64,000 bases of DNA from Planctomycetota bacterium. Its GTDB lineage: Bacteria > Planctomycetota > UBA1135 > UBA2386. The stretch is from contig OZ245006.1 in NCBI GenBank assembly GCA_965223545.1, forward strand, positions 7,456,001 through 7,520,000. The letters run 5' to 3'. A model generated the notes under the pieces. It made no database searches. It saw only the letters and a list, made by a program, of their open reading frames with translations, and was not told the DNA's origin. This document shows positions 1 to 10,120 of this stretch, piece after piece. Made by a program: the position numbers and the translations under genes. Within the stretch, counting starts at the first letter, position 1, and each line of letters begins with the position of its first letter.

Positions 1-1128
1 CTCAACCCGCATCCGTCGGGGCAGCTCGAGCTCAACGTGCCGCAGCTCGATGGAGCGCCGGTGGCCGGGATGCAGCACAAGTACCGCGAGACGGTCTTGT
101 TCTTTCCGAGCCAAGGGCAGACCTGTCACGCGTACTGCAGCTACTGCTTTCGGTGGGCTCAGTTCGTCGGCGCCGACGAGCTCAAGTTCGCCAACAAGGA
201 GGCGGCGGCATTGGCGCGCTACGTCGGTGCGCATCCCGAGGTCACCGACGTGATCCTGACCGGCGGCGATCCGCTGATCATGCGCACGCAGAAGCTGCGA
301 CAGATCATCGAGCCGCTGTTGGCGCCGGAGTTCGAGCACCTGCAGAACATCCGCATCGGCAGCAAGGCGCTGGCCTGGTGGCCGTATCGCTTCACGACCG
401 GCGCCGATGCCGACGACCTGCTGCGCCTGTTCGAGGACGTGGTCCGCGCCGGCAAGCAGCTGGCGCTGATGGCCCACTACAGCCACCCGCGCGAGCTCGA
501 GCCCGAGGTCGCGCGCACCGCTCTTGCCAGAGTGCGGTCGACGGGTGCGATCGTGCGCTGCCAGGCGCCGCTGGTGCGGCACGTCAACGATTCGGCCGAG
601 GTGTGGGCCGACCTCTGGCGCGAGCAGACCCGTCTCGGGGCGGTGCCCTACTACATGTTCGTCGAGCGGGACACCGGCGCGAAGCGCTACTTCGAGGTGC
701 CGCTGGGCCGTGCCCACGAGATCTACTCCGGCGCGGTCCGCCGCGTGTCAGGGCTGGCGCGCACGGTGCGCGGTCCGTCGATGTCGGCGACGCCGGGCAA
801 GGTGATGGTCAACGGCGTGACTACGGTTGCCGGCCAGCGCGTCTTCGCCCTGCAGTTCATCCAGGCGCGCGACCCGAGCTGGGTGGGGCAACCGTTCTTC
901 GCGCGCTACGACGCCAAGGCGACTTGGCTCGATCAGCTGCGACCCGCGTTCGGCGAATCGTCGTTCTTCTTCGAGTCGGCGCCGTGGCACCGCGGCCGCC
1001 ATCCACGGCCGCCGTTGGCCGCCGCCAGCAGCCGCCGGCGGGCCGGGGCTGCGCGCAACGGCGCGGCGCACGGCGGGGCCTCGGGCGCTGCGCGGAAAGG
1101 TGGCGCCAGCGCGGCGTCGGGCGACTGA
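1..1128 (+). CDS. KamA-family radical SAM protein (lysine 2,3-aminomutase-like), 5' end outside window
   Basis: Frame is open from base 1 (LNPHPSGQLELNVP). It contains HKYRETVLFFP, the CxxxCxxC motif CHAYCSYC followed by FRW, then LTGGDPL and RGPSMSATPGKV. Confidence 0.9.
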   Translation, partial: LNPHPSGQLELNVPQLDGAPVAGMQHKYRETVLFFPSQGQTCHAYCSYCFRWAQFVGADELKFANKEAAALARYVGAHPEVTDVILTGGDPLIMRTQKLRQIIEPLLAPEFEHLQNIRIGSKALAWWPYRFTTGADADDLLRLFEDVVRAGKQLALMAHYSHPRELEPEVARTALARVRSTGAIVRCQAPLVRHVNDSAEVWADLWREQTRLGAVPYYMFVERDTGAKRYFEVPLGRAHEIYSGAVRRVSGLARTVRGPSMSATPGKVMVNGVTTVAGQRVFALQFIQARDPSWVGQPFFARYDAKATWLDQLRPAFGESSFFFESAPWHRGRHPRPPLAAASSRRRAGAARNGAAHGGASGAARKGGASAASGD

Positions 1129-1141
1129 CGGCGGGACGCCG

Positions 1142-1849
1142 TCAGCCGAACATCTGCAGCCACTCCGCCTCGGTGCGCGGTTTGAAGACCGCGTTGTCGC
1201 GGCGGGTGGCGCTCATGCTGGCGCTGGGCTCGGCCGAGTACAGGTGGCCGGGATACAGCATCGCGTCGTCCGGCACTTTGGCGAGCCTGTCGGTCAGGCT
1301 GCGATACAGCGCGGCCGCATCGCCGCCCGGCAGATCGGTGCGGCCACAGCCCTGTAGAAACAGGGTGTCGCCGGCGACCAACCGGTTGTCGACCAGGAAG
1401 CACTGGCTGCCGGGAGTGTGCCCCGGGGTGTGGATCAGCTGGACGTCGATGTCGCCGAGCGAGATCACGTCGCCGCTGCTGTGCACCTCGAGGTCGGTGT
1501 CGCTGCAGCCGGTCATGTGCTTGATCCACGGCACCTCCTCGCGCTGGACGTGGACCTTGGTGCCGCGCCGCTCGAGCAGGGCCGCGACACCTTGGATGTC
1601 GTGGCCGAACAGGTCGCCGCCGACGTGGTCGGGGTGGAAGTGCGTGGCGAGCACGCCGTCGAGCTGCATCCCGTCGGCGTCGAGCACGTCTAGGATCTCG
1701 TCGACCGCGTACGCCGGGTCGACCACCACCGCGCGGCGCGTACCGGTGTCGCCGATCAGATAGACGAAGTTGACCATCTGCCGTGCGATGCCGTCGCCGG
1801 TGGCGAAGTCGCGGCCCGCCAAGAGCTGGCGGAAGTAGAGGCGGCTCAT
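1142..1849 (-). CDS. MBL-fold metallo-hydrolase (glyoxalase II-like)
   Basis: HxHxDH motif (THFHPDHVGG), HTPGHTPGS, GDTLF, GRTDLPGG and YPGH. Start placed at ATG 1849 (MSRLYFRQ). Confidence 0.92.
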   Translation of the reverse strand: MSRLYFRQLLAGRDFATGDGIARQMVNFVYLIGDTGTRRAVVVDPAYAVDEILDVLDADGMQLDGVLATHFHPDHVGGDLFGHDIQGVAALLERRGTKVHVQREEVPWIKHMTGCSDTDLEVHSSGDVISLGDIDVQLIHTPGHTPGSQCFLVDNRLVAGDTLFLQGCGRTDLPGGDAAALYRSLTDRLAKVPDDAMLYPGHLYSAEPSASMSATRRDNAVFKPRTEAEWLQMFG

Positions 1850-1926
1850 GCCGTCACGGTAGCACGCCGGCAGCCGCGCACCGAGGCCGCCGTTGGGCGG
1901 GCCCGGCACGCATCGCGGTCACGGCG

Positions 1927-3558
1927 TCACTTCTTCTTCGGCCGCTTGCTCGAGGGCGCCGTCGGCGAGAGCGCTTCCGGCAGGTCCGTTGCCTCCGCTT
2001 CGGGCTCGGACTTGCCATCGCCCTTGATGCCGCCCTTGTCCTGGGCCTCGCGGCGCAGGTAGCGGGTCTCGTTCAAGGCGCTGCGCAACAGGAAGAAGGC
2101 CAGCGACAAGAACAGCCCCATCGCGGCGCAGGACAGAACTTTGAACCTGCGCGTCGAAAAACCGAACTTCGACTGCGGTGCCGCCGGGGTGCTCGGTGGC
2201 GAGACCACGCTGACGTTGGTGATCCGCGCCTGGTCGAGAAGGACGTTCATCTTGCCGATGCGCACGCCCTTCTTGATCTGCTGCAGGTCGAGCTTGAGCT
2301 CGGCCATGTCGCTGCGCAGTCGGTCGTGGTCCAGCCGGAGCTCGTCCAGTCGCAGGATCTCGGCGCGAACCCGGGCCAGATCGTTCTCCGAGTGGGTCTT
2401 CTGCTCCTCCAGGGCCACCAGCGTGGTCTGCGCATCCATGCGCGCCTGGGTCAGGTGGGTGTGGATCGGGTTGCGCGACAGGCTGTGCGAGCCCTTGCGC
2501 GTCGGCTCGGATTCTTTGAGCTGCTCGCGGAGCTGCTCGCGGGTGCGCGCCAGGTCATCGACCATCGGCGAGCCCTCGTGGTAGCGGTTCTCCGCCCGCA
2601 GCAGGTCCATCTCGACGTCGATCAGCATGCGCTCGATGTGGTCCTGCATCATGTTGCGCGCAAACTGCTCGGTCGCCGGCGTCATGTCCGGCTCCAGCTT
2701 GAGCTGCTGCTCGATGTGGGTCAGGCGCGCCGCGTTGGTCGCGATCTGCGCGTGCAGCGTGTTGAGCTCCCTCTCGAGCTCACGCCGCCGCCCACCCAGG
2801 TGCGTCATCGTCGCTTCGAAGTCCTGGATGTCGTGCTTGTGCCGGAACTCGCGGAACGCCAGCTGGGCCTCGATGTGCTTCTGCTCCATCTCCTGTTCTT
2901 GCTGCTCGAAGAAGGCCGTGTTCTCACCCTGGCTGTAGGTCTCCATGTGGAACAGCAGGTATTCGTTGAGCAGACGTTGGAGCTGCCGCTTGCCGCGCTC
3001 GGGATCGGCCGTCATGCAGACGATCTCGATCATCGTGGTCTTCGGAATCGCGTTGAACTGGAACTGACCGCTGAAGGCCGCCAGCCGTGCCATCTCCGGG
3101 TTGGGTTGGTAGTCGAGCGGTTTGGTGATCGAGCGGATGCTGTTCATCAGCACACTGAGTGGGCCGCCGCTGTCGGCCTCTACGGTCTCCGCGGGGCCCT
3201 CGCCATCGTCGACCGGCGACTCGAGCCCGGCCTCCTCGGCCTGCAGCGACTCGTAGACGCGGCGCATCAGCTCGGGGCTGCGCAGGACGTGGATCTCGGC
3301 ATTGATGTCTTCCGACCCCGGCACCATGGCGAAGAACGGCGAGCCACCGACCGCCGCGACCTCGGGGCGGTTGCTGCTGCCCTCGCGGCCGACGTGCACC
3401 ATGACCTTGGAGCTGATCTTCCAGATGAACGGGATGTTGCGCGCTTTGACGTAGCCGTACACCGCGCCGACGGCGGTGCTCAGCAGGATCACGAGGATTG
3501 CGGTCCGGCTGAACGCCGTGGTGCGCAATCGGTTGAGACTTTCAATCGCAGTGGACAT
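1927..3558 (-). CDS. Polysaccharide co-polymerase / chain-length determinant (GumC/Wzz/Wzc N-terminal-like, no kinase domain)
   Basis: N-terminal TM, INAEIHVLRS motif, long coiled coil, TNVSVVSPP followed by a C-terminal TM. Lies in an EPS cluster. Confidence 0.8.
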   Translation of the reverse strand: MSTAIESLNRLRTTAFSRTAILVILLSTAVGAVYGYVKARNIPFIWKISSKVMVHVGREGSSNRPEVAAVGGSPFFAMVPGSEDINAEIHVLRSPELMRRVYESLQAEEAGLESPVDDGEGPAETVEADSGGPLSVLMNSIRSITKPLDYQPNPEMARLAAFSGQFQFNAIPKTTMIEIVCMTADPERGKRQLQRLLNEYLLFHMETYSQGENTAFFEQQEQEMEQKHIEAQLAFREFRHKHDIQDFEATMTHLGGRRRELERELNTLHAQIATNAARLTHIEQQLKLEPDMTPATEQFARNMMQDHIERMLIDVEMDLLRAENRYHEGSPMVDDLARTREQLREQLKESEPTRKGSHSLSRNPIHTHLTQARMDAQTTLVALEEQKTHSENDLARVRAEILRLDELRLDHDRLRSDMAELKLDLQQIKKGVRIGKMNVLLDQARITNVSVVSPPSTPAAPQSKFGFSTRRFKVLSCAAMGLFLSLAFFLLRSALNETRYLRREAQDKGGIKGDGKSEPEAEATDLPEALSPTAPSSKRPKKK

Positions 3559-3730
3559 TCGGACCCTCGGGGCGGCGTCTACGGTGTTCCTCGGAGTCTA
3601 CCCTGACCCCGGCGGGAGCAACTTTGTATCGCAAATTGAAGCGGTTGGGCAGGGGCGGCGGCGGGGCATTCGCGGTGGCTGGACCGGCCTTGGCGGTGGG
3701 CCGACGGGGGCGGTGGCCGCCGGCCGCGTC

Positions 3731-5056
3731 TCAAGCCGGGGCATCGACGAGCACCTTGACCGCGTCCGGCGCGGCTGCGCGCCGGAACGCGCGGTCGAGC
3801 GCGTCCGCCGGGTAGCGGTCGGTGACCAACGCCGCTCCCAACGCGCGCAGGTCTCGTTGGTTTTCGAAGAGCGCGAGCGCGGCGCGGAAGTCGCCGCAGC
3901 GCGACGTGGTCAGCCGCAGGCCGCGCCGCGCGACCGCCGATAGCAAGGGGGATTCGTGGTCATCGCCGCTGAGCAGGAGTCGGCCGCGGGGCCGCGCGAG
4001 GCCTCGTTCGATCCCCGCGACCGGGCGGATCGCGGCATCGACCTCGGTGGCGTTGCCGACCCGCACGGTGCGGAAGGGGCTGAAGGCCAATGGTTGCGGC
4101 GGTGGAGCGCCGCGCAGGTCGAGGAGGTCGTGCGGGTCGGGATCGCCTGCAGCCTTGCCACCGTCGTCGCGCTCGAGGCTGAGCTCGTCGACGACCATCG
4201 CGGTGAGCTGGCTCAGGCCCAGCGCCGGCCGGCCATGGGTCGACTTGAGGTGGGCTTCGCGGCGGGCGAGGCGGAGCGCCAGCTGCAAGCCGGATGGTTG
4301 GCCGGTCGTATCGACGACGACGTCGGCCATCGCGTCGGGTAGGGCGGCGCCGTCGCCCTGCATGCAGACCGCGCGGTCCGCGCCGAGCTGCTCGGCCAGC
4401 GCAAGCAGCCGGCGGTGCCGGCCGATCGCGACGATCTCGATCGCTCGCTCCTGCTCGGTCGCGCGCGCGCGCAGCGCGGCGATCACCAGCAGGCCCAGCC
4501 GCCGCGGGCCGAGCACTGCGACCACGTCGCCCCCGCGCGGCGCCACCACGTCAGCGGCGCGCAAGGCCGCGGCGAACGGCTCGGTCAGCGCCGCGGTCTC
4601 GGTCGGCACCGCGTCCGGCACGGCCAAGACCGCGCCGACCGGGGCCAGCAGCCAGGGACCGAAGCCGCCGGGCAGATCGTGGATGCCGAGCACCAGGCGG
4701 TCCGGGCAGTGGGTGGGGAGGTCGTCGTCACACGCCGGGCAATCAGCCGCCACCCGCCGCGCGGCGTGCGAGGCGTTGATCTCGACCACGCAGCGCCGGC
4801 CGTCGGCATCGGTGGCGACGACCTCGTGACCGATCACCTGCGGCAGCCGAAACGGCAGAAAGCGGCGCGCCAGATCGGTCGAGCAGACCCCGCACGTCGT
4901 CGTGCGCAGCGGGACGTAGCCCGGGCCGAGCTGCAGGTGCGGTGCGCCGTTGCGCTGCACGGCGAAGCCGCGTTCGGGCGAGCCGTGAAACGAGAGCGTG
5001 CACCGCGCGAGTCCGCCGTCTCGGTCGTACTCGAGTGCTTCGAACCGCTGCTTCAC
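3731..5056 (-). CDS. Zinc-dependent medium-chain alcohol dehydrogenase family protein
   Basis: CGVCSTD, GHE, CPAC...HC, EPFAA, VVDTTG and KVLV. The GTG start at 5056 overlaps the upstream stop (GTGA). The track ORF extension to 6121 is spurious. Confidence 0.8.
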   Translation of the reverse strand: MKQRFEALEYDRDGGLARCTLSFHGSPERGFAVQRNGAPHLQLGPGYVPLRTTTCGVCSTDLARRFLPFRLPQVIGHEVVATDADGRRCVVEINASHAARRVAADCPACDDDLPTHCPDRLVLGIHDLPGGFGPWLLAPVGAVLAVPDAVPTETAALTEPFAAALRAADVVAPRGGDVVAVLGPRRLGLLVIAALRARATEQERAIEIVAIGRHRRLLALAEQLGADRAVCMQGDGAALPDAMADVVVDTTGQPSGLQLALRLARREAHLKSTHGRPALGLSQLTAMVVDELSLERDDGGKAAGDPDPHDLLDLRGAPPPQPLAFSPFRTVRVGNATEVDAAIRPVAGIERGLARPRGRLLLSGDDHESPLLSAVARRGLRLTTSRCGDFRAALALFENQRDLRALGAALVTDRYPADALDRAFRRAAAPDAVKVLVDAPA

Positions 5057-6231
5057 GCGGTCGCGCGCCGGTTCTTCCCCAGGCGTTCGACGATCGAGAC
5101 CCAGCCGTCCTCGACGTCCTTGCTGTAGCGCGGCGCGCAGAAGTAGGACAGCACGCGGTCCTTGGCCGCCTTGCGCATGCTCTCGCGCAGCTCGACGTCC
5201 TCGGCGTAGCGGCGCAGGCAGCGGGCCATCGCGGCGACGTCGCCGGGTGGGTAGAGCAGGCCGCACTTGCCGTGTTCGAGCACCAGCGGCAGGTCGCCGG
5301 TGGAGCCGCAAATGATGGCGTTGTCTTGATACATCGCCTCGAGCACGGACACCGGCAGGCTCTCTTGGATCGAGGAGAAGCAGAAGAAGTCCATCGCCTC
5401 GAGGTAGCCGGGCATCTGTTCGATCGACCCGCGCTTGCCCGGCATGAAGACGCGGCCCTTGTAGGGCGGCTCGCTGATCATCTTGCGCAGCTTCTCTTCT
5501 TCTTCGCCGTAGCCGAGCAGCACGCAGTAGAGGTTGTCGCAGCCCGACTCGATGACGGCTTGCGGGAGCAGGTGGTGGCCCTTGGCCCACGCCATGCGGC
5601 CGAGGGTGCCGGTCAGCAGTGCGCCCTCGGGCAGGCCGAGCTGCTGGCGCAGGCCCTCGGCTTCGCCGGGTTGCGTCTGCAGGTAGTAGGGCTCGACCGC
5701 GTTCATCATCACCTTCATCGGCATGTTCTTGGGCAACATGCGCTTGGCGTCGCGGCCACAGGCGTGCGAGCCGGTCCAGACCTCGTCGGCGTTGCGCACC
5801 GCCCAGCGGTTGGCGAGCTCGTAGAAGCCGTAGCGCATGTCGGCGAGCGTGCGCTTGAAGCCGATCCAACCGTGCACGAACGAGGTCCACGGCACGCCCA
5901 TCCCCGCCGAGCCGCCGGCCATGCGGCAGACGAGGTCGGTGCGCATGTCGTTGCTGGTGACGACGTCGACGTTGGCCTTGGCGATCACCTCGCGCAGCTG
6001 CGCCGCGGTGGCGCGCACGTTGCGCAGCCCGCGCCACGGGATGTCGTGGTTCTCCAGGTCGGCACAGCGCGGCGACACCTGGGTCAGGGTCGGTTCGCGG
6101 TCCTCGGAGACGATGTGGCACAGCACGGGCTCGACCCGGCTGTGGTCGAGGTGGGCGACGTACATCTCGACCAGGCGCACGGCGCCGGCGACGGGGTAGT
6201 CGTTGGACTTGAGGACGAGGGCGCGGACCAT
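5053..6231 (-). CDS. Glycosyltransferase family 4
   Basis: GRMAWAKG, ESLPVSVLEAM and GLLYPPGD. Start at ATG 6231 (MVRALVL). Confidence 0.92.
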   Translation of the reverse strand: MVRALVLKSNDYPVAGAVRLVEMYVAHLDHSRVEPVLCHIVSEDREPTLTQVSPRCADLENHDIPWRGLRNVRATAAQLREVIAKANVDVVTSNDMRTDLVCRMAGGSAGMGVPWTSFVHGWIGFKRTLADMRYGFYELANRWAVRNADEVWTGSHACGRDAKRMLPKNMPMKVMMNAVEPYYLQTQPGEAEGLRQQLGLPEGALLTGTLGRMAWAKGHHLLPQAVIESGCDNLYCVLLGYGEEEEKLRKMISEPPYKGRVFMPGKRGSIEQMPGYLEAMDFFCFSSIQESLPVSVLEAMYQDNAIICGSTGDLPLVLEHGKCGLLYPPGDVAAMARCLRRYAEDVELRESMRKAAKDRVLSYFCAPRYSKDVEDGWVSIVERLGKNRRATA

Positions 6232-6505
6232 GGGGAGGGGTTTGGTGGAGCGAGGTGGCGAAACGCGGTGGCTTGCGGCAACCGTCCGCGCCGTGGGCCT
6301 TTCGGGGATCGGCTTGGCGGGGGGCGGCGGGCCGCGAGAGCCGTGGGCCGCCGTGGAGGATGGGGTCGCCGCAGTCAGGCGAGTATAGCCGGTCGCGGCG
6401 GCGTTGCTCGCAAACCGCCGTGTCGCGGCGTACCCTTCGCCAGGCCTCCCGGGGCGCCCGGGGGCTTCGAGGGCTCGCCTGCCGAGCCCGCTCCGCGACC
6501 CGCCC

Positions 6506-7231
6506 ATGAGCCCCATGAGCCGACGAGCGATCATCCTAGCGGGCGGCGTCGGCCGCCGCCTGTTGCCCTACACCTCGGTGCTACCGAAGCCCCTGATGCC
6601 GCTCGGCGAGCGCCCGATCCTCGAGATCGTCGTGCGCCAGCTGCGCCACGCCGGCTTCGACCACCTCACCATGGCCGTCGGCCACCTGGCGAGCCTGATC
6701 CAGGCCTACTTCGGCGACGGCGAGAAGTTCGGCGTCCGGATCGACTACTCGATGGAAGAGCGCCCGCTCGGCACCGCGGGCCCCTTGAGCCTGTTGGCCG
6801 AGGGCCTCGGCGAGGACTTCCTGGTGATGAACGGCGACGTCCTCACCGACCTCGACTTCGACGCGTTCTACCGCGGCCACCGCGACTCCGGCGCGCTGTG
6901 CACGGTCGCCAGCTTCGACAAGACGATTGACGTGTCGCTGGGCGTGCTCGACGTCGGCGATGACGGTCAGGTGCGCGGCTACGACGAGAAGCCGCAGCTA
7001 CGCTTCGCGGTGTCGACCGGGATCTACTGCTTCAGGCCCGAGGTGCAGCGGCATCTGGTCCCGGGCGCGCCGCGCGATCTGCCCGATCTGGTGATGGCGA
7101 TGCTGTCGGCGGGGGAGGCGGTGCGCGCGCACGCGATCGAGGGGCAGTGGTTGGATATCGGGCGACCGGATGACTACGAGGCGGCGCAGCAGGCGTACTT
7201 GCGCGGGGACTTCGGGGCGTTGGGGGATTGA
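6506..7231 (+). CDS. Sugar-phosphate nucleotidyltransferase
   Basis: AIILAGGVGRRL.P.T...PKPL, EERPLGTAG, VMNGD and WLDIGRPDDY. Confidence 0.93.
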   Translation: MSPMSRRAIILAGGVGRRLLPYTSVLPKPLMPLGERPILEIVVRQLRHAGFDHLTMAVGHLASLIQAYFGDGEKFGVRIDYSMEERPLGTAGPLSLLAEGLGEDFLVMNGDVLTDLDFDAFYRGHRDSGALCTVASFDKTIDVSLGVLDVGDDGQVRGYDEKPQLRFAVSTGIYCFRPEVQRHLVPGAPRDLPDLVMAMLSAGEAVRAHAIEGQWLDIGRPDDYEAAQQAYLRGDFGALGD

Positions 7232-7261
7232 GCGCGCACTGAGTTCGAAAGAGGATCGCTG

Positions 7262-7606
7262 ATGCCGCACTTCGTCGTCGAATGCTCGTCGAGTCTGTTC
7301 GAGCGCGTGGAAGCAGAGTCGTTGCTCTCGGCAGTGTTCGAGACGGCCGTGGGATCGGGGCTGTTCGAAGAGCGCAACATCAAGGTGCGCCTTCGGCCTT
7401 ACCAGCTGCACCTGCAGGGCGCCGAGGGCACCGATTTTCTCCACGTCTTCGCTCACATCATGGGCGGGCGCACGACCGAGCAGAAGAAGGTCTTGTCCGT
7501 TGCTCTCACCCGCCGACTGAAGGAGATGCTGCCCGGCGTCTCGGTGGTCTCGGTCAACGTCTACGAGTTCGATCCCGAGACCTACTCCAACCGCGACATG
7601 GTGTAG
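7262..7606 (+). CDS. 5-carboxymethyl-2-hydroxymuconate isomerase family (tautomerase fold)
   Basis: N-terminal catalytic Pro (MPHFVVEC), SGLF...IKVR, FLHV...GRT.EQKK. A GAGGA RBS lies upstream. Confidence 0.85.
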   Translation: MPHFVVECSSSLFERVEAESLLSAVFETAVGSGLFEERNIKVRLRPYQLHLQGAEGTDFLHVFAHIMGGRTTEQKKVLSVALTRRLKEMLPGVSVVSVNVYEFDPETYSNRDMV

Positions 7607-7723
7607 CCGGGCGCTACTTGCCATCAAGGCTTGATCACCTTGGCTTTGCGGACATCGGCTGTGACGCAAACGGTGTCGCGAACGTGCGTTGTGTCGCAAG
7701 GCGGCGAGTTGTCAAATGGTGTG

Positions 7724-8356
7724 ATGCAAGTGACGACGCGAGTCGCCGCCGTGGCCCGCAGAGTACGGTGCTACCCGGAGTTGTTCTTGTTGGTCGTCGG
7801 GTCTCTAGCCGTGCGAATTCCGGCGCAGACCGTTTCTTGGATGATTGTGCCGTCCTCGCCGACGCCGATCTTGGCGAGCCAGCTCGCATATTACGAGTGT
7901 GCTGACCAGATGTTTGTTCATGGCGCGGGCCTGGCACAGGATCAAACTTGGACGTTCCAGGGGTCCTTGTGGACTATGTGGACATCGCTATTGTCTTCTG
8001 GTGCGCGAATCGCGCCAGGATGCTGTTATCGTCCGACTAAGCAGGATATAGTTTTGTTTGGCGGAGAGCCGGGGCGAGCAACCAACCAGAGCCTTGCTGA
8101 CACGTGGTCGTGGAACGGGGCGTGGCGGCCATTGGGGGTTGGCGGTCCCGGACGGCCTAGCATGGGGATGACGCACGACTTCACTCGCGATCGGGTCGTC
8201 ATGTTCGGTGGATCATCTCGCTCGCCCGGAGGTGGAGGGTTCCTCGGTGACACGGTGGAGTGGGACGGTGTGAGATGGGCCAGCATCGCTACGCCGACCG
8301 GTCCAAGCCCAAGAGTTTCTCCGGCGATGGCTTATGATCCGATTCGCAACACGTAG
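7724..8356 (+). pseudogene. Kelch-like secreted protein, copy 1, 3'-truncated
   Basis: Homologous to the N-terminal half of copies 2-4 (LFGG, DTWSWNG, RDRVVMFGG, PAMAYDP). It stops at a TAG supplied by the leader of copy 2, which begins at 8352. Confidence 0.75.
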
Positions 8357-10120
8357 CACTCGCCAAGCACATGTCGACAAGGTCCGGCCATTGCCGTTGC
8401 GGCGCGTCTCGGGTTCGATGGTTCGAGAGAGCCGCAGGCAGCTCTCGGACGGCATTGCTGATGCGGTACGCCCTCTTCTTCATTGCCGGATCGATCGGTC
8501 CTGTCCTGCCCGCACAGCCTGAACCGCTAACGAGGGCGCCGGCCGCCAACCTCTCCTGGACGAAGGTGCCGTCTTCGTCGTCTCCGCCTGCCTTTGCCAG
8601 CCAAATTGTGTATCACGCCTCGGCCGACCAACTCCTCGCCCATGGTGCAGGGCAGGGCTTTGGCGAGACCTGGATTTTTCAGGGATCCACATGGACCAAG
8701 CGCATCTCTAGCCCCACTCCCGGTCGGCGATTCACGCCTGGGCTGTGCTACCGAAGTGCGTCGAACGACGTCTTTCTCTTCGGCGGAGAGAGTGGGCCGC
8801 CGTCTCCGGTTTTTAGTCCGAGTCTTGGGGATGCTTGGTCGTGGGACGGGGTTGCGTGGCGGCAGTTGGCGGCTCGTGGGCCCGCTCGTAGCGGTGGGAT
8901 GGGGATGGCATACGACTCTGCACGAGACCGGGTGGTCGTTTTCGGTGGGGTCTATTCCTCAGGCGCGGCCGTGTTTCCCCTTGGCGATACTTGGGAGTGG
9001 GACGGCGCGAGGTGGATCAACATCGCCGCGCCGGTCGCTCCAAGTCCAAGAACTGGTCCGGCCATGGGCTATGACCCGGTTCGCAAGCGAGTCGTCCTAT
9101 TTGGTGGTAGCGGGCAGAACGATACCTGGGAGTACGATGGTACGACTTGGAGCCAGCGATTTCCCTCGAACGCACCGAGCCCGCGTTGGTCGTCGATGGC
9201 ATGGGATGAAGCACGGCAGGTGATGGTCTTGGCCAATGGATATAATTCCGCGGCGATTGGTGCTCATGACTCTGGGTTGATTGCGGGTCAGTGGTCAACG
9301 GATACATGGGAGTGGGATGGCCGCAATTGGGAGAAGCGGCGCCGGCCGCCCGCGGGATACTACAGCTTCGACTTCTACCAAGCACTGGCGTACGATAGCC
9401 GGAGGCAGCGGACCATGACGATCTTGTACCATAAACCGACGCGTTCCTATGAGCTCTGGTCGTATGGCCCAAACTTTCCGGGGACGGCTAACTCTTATGG
9501 CGTGCCGTGCTCTGGCTCCTCGGGAACGCCCGTGCTCGCCGCAACGACCCTGCCATGGGTTGGCTTCCCCGTCACCCTTGACCTGAGCGGCGCAGTCCCC
9601 GGCACCCCAGCTGTCCTGACCGTCGGCCAGTCCAACACCCAATGGCTCGGCGCGACTCTCCCGCTCACGCTCGCACCGAGCCAATGCCAAGTCCACGCCT
9701 CCGTCGATCTCGGCTTCGCTGGGCGCGCCGACGCCCAAGGCAACGCCCAGTGGACCCTCCCCTTGGCCAACCTCCCCAGCCTGGTCGGGCGATCGATGTT
9801 CCTGCAGGGCTACGCCGCGGACCCCGCGGTCGCGCTCGGTATCGTCACGTCGAACGCGATCGAGGCAGTCCTCGGTGCGAAGTAGATCGCGAGCACCGGT
9901 CGAGTACCGAGCTTGTGATCGTCCTACACTCGTAGCACTCGCCAAGCACATGTCTACAAAGTCTGGCAATTGCTGTTGCGGCGCGTCTCGGGTTCAGCGG
10001 TTCGCGAGAGCCGCGGGCGGCTTTCGAATGGTGTTACTGATGCGCTACTCCCTCTTTCTCATCGCCGGATCGATCGGTCCTGTCCTGTCCGCCCAGCCCG
10101 GACCTCTAACAAGAGCGCCG
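8352..10120 (+). repeat. Duplicated leader and 5' gene segment (8352-8540 and 9931-10120)
   Basis: Both segments begin CGTAGCACTCGCCAAGCACATGTC and stay co-linear through the ATG and signal peptide. Confidence 0.9.
8461..9885 (+). CDS. Secreted Kelch-like beta-propeller protein with conserved C-terminal domain, copy 2 (intact)
   Basis: Signal peptide ending LPA-Q, repeats of YD...R.VVLFGG...DTWEWDG..W, and a C-terminal LVG-x5-Q domain. Confidence 0.85.
   Translation: MRYALFFIAGSIGPVLPAQPEPLTRAPAANLSWTKVPSSSSPPAFASQIVYHASADQLLAHGAGQGFGETWIFQGSTWTKRISSPTPGRRFTPGLCYRSASNDVFLFGGESGPPSPVFSPSLGDAWSWDGVAWRQLAARGPARSGGMGMAYDSARDRVVVFGGVYSSGAAVFPLGDTWEWDGARWINIAAPVAPSPRTGPAMGYDPVRKRVVLFGGSGQNDTWEYDGTTWSQRFPSNAPSPRWSSMAWDEARQVMVLANGYNSAAIGAHDSGLIAGQWSTDTWEWDGRNWEKRRRPPAGYYSFDFYQALAYDSRRQRTMTILYHKPTRSYELWSYGPNFPGTANSYGVPCSGSSGTPVLAATTLPWVGFPVTLDLSGAVPGTPAVLTVGQSNTQWLGATLPLTLAPSQCQVHASVDLGFAGRADAQGNAQWTLPLANLPSLVGRSMFLQGYAADPAVALGIVTSNAIEAVLGAK

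Noticed and set aside
5057..6121. 796-aa dehydrogenase as given in the ORF track
   Set aside because: The N-terminal extension overlaps the GT4 gene in another frame. The real start is the GTG at 5056.
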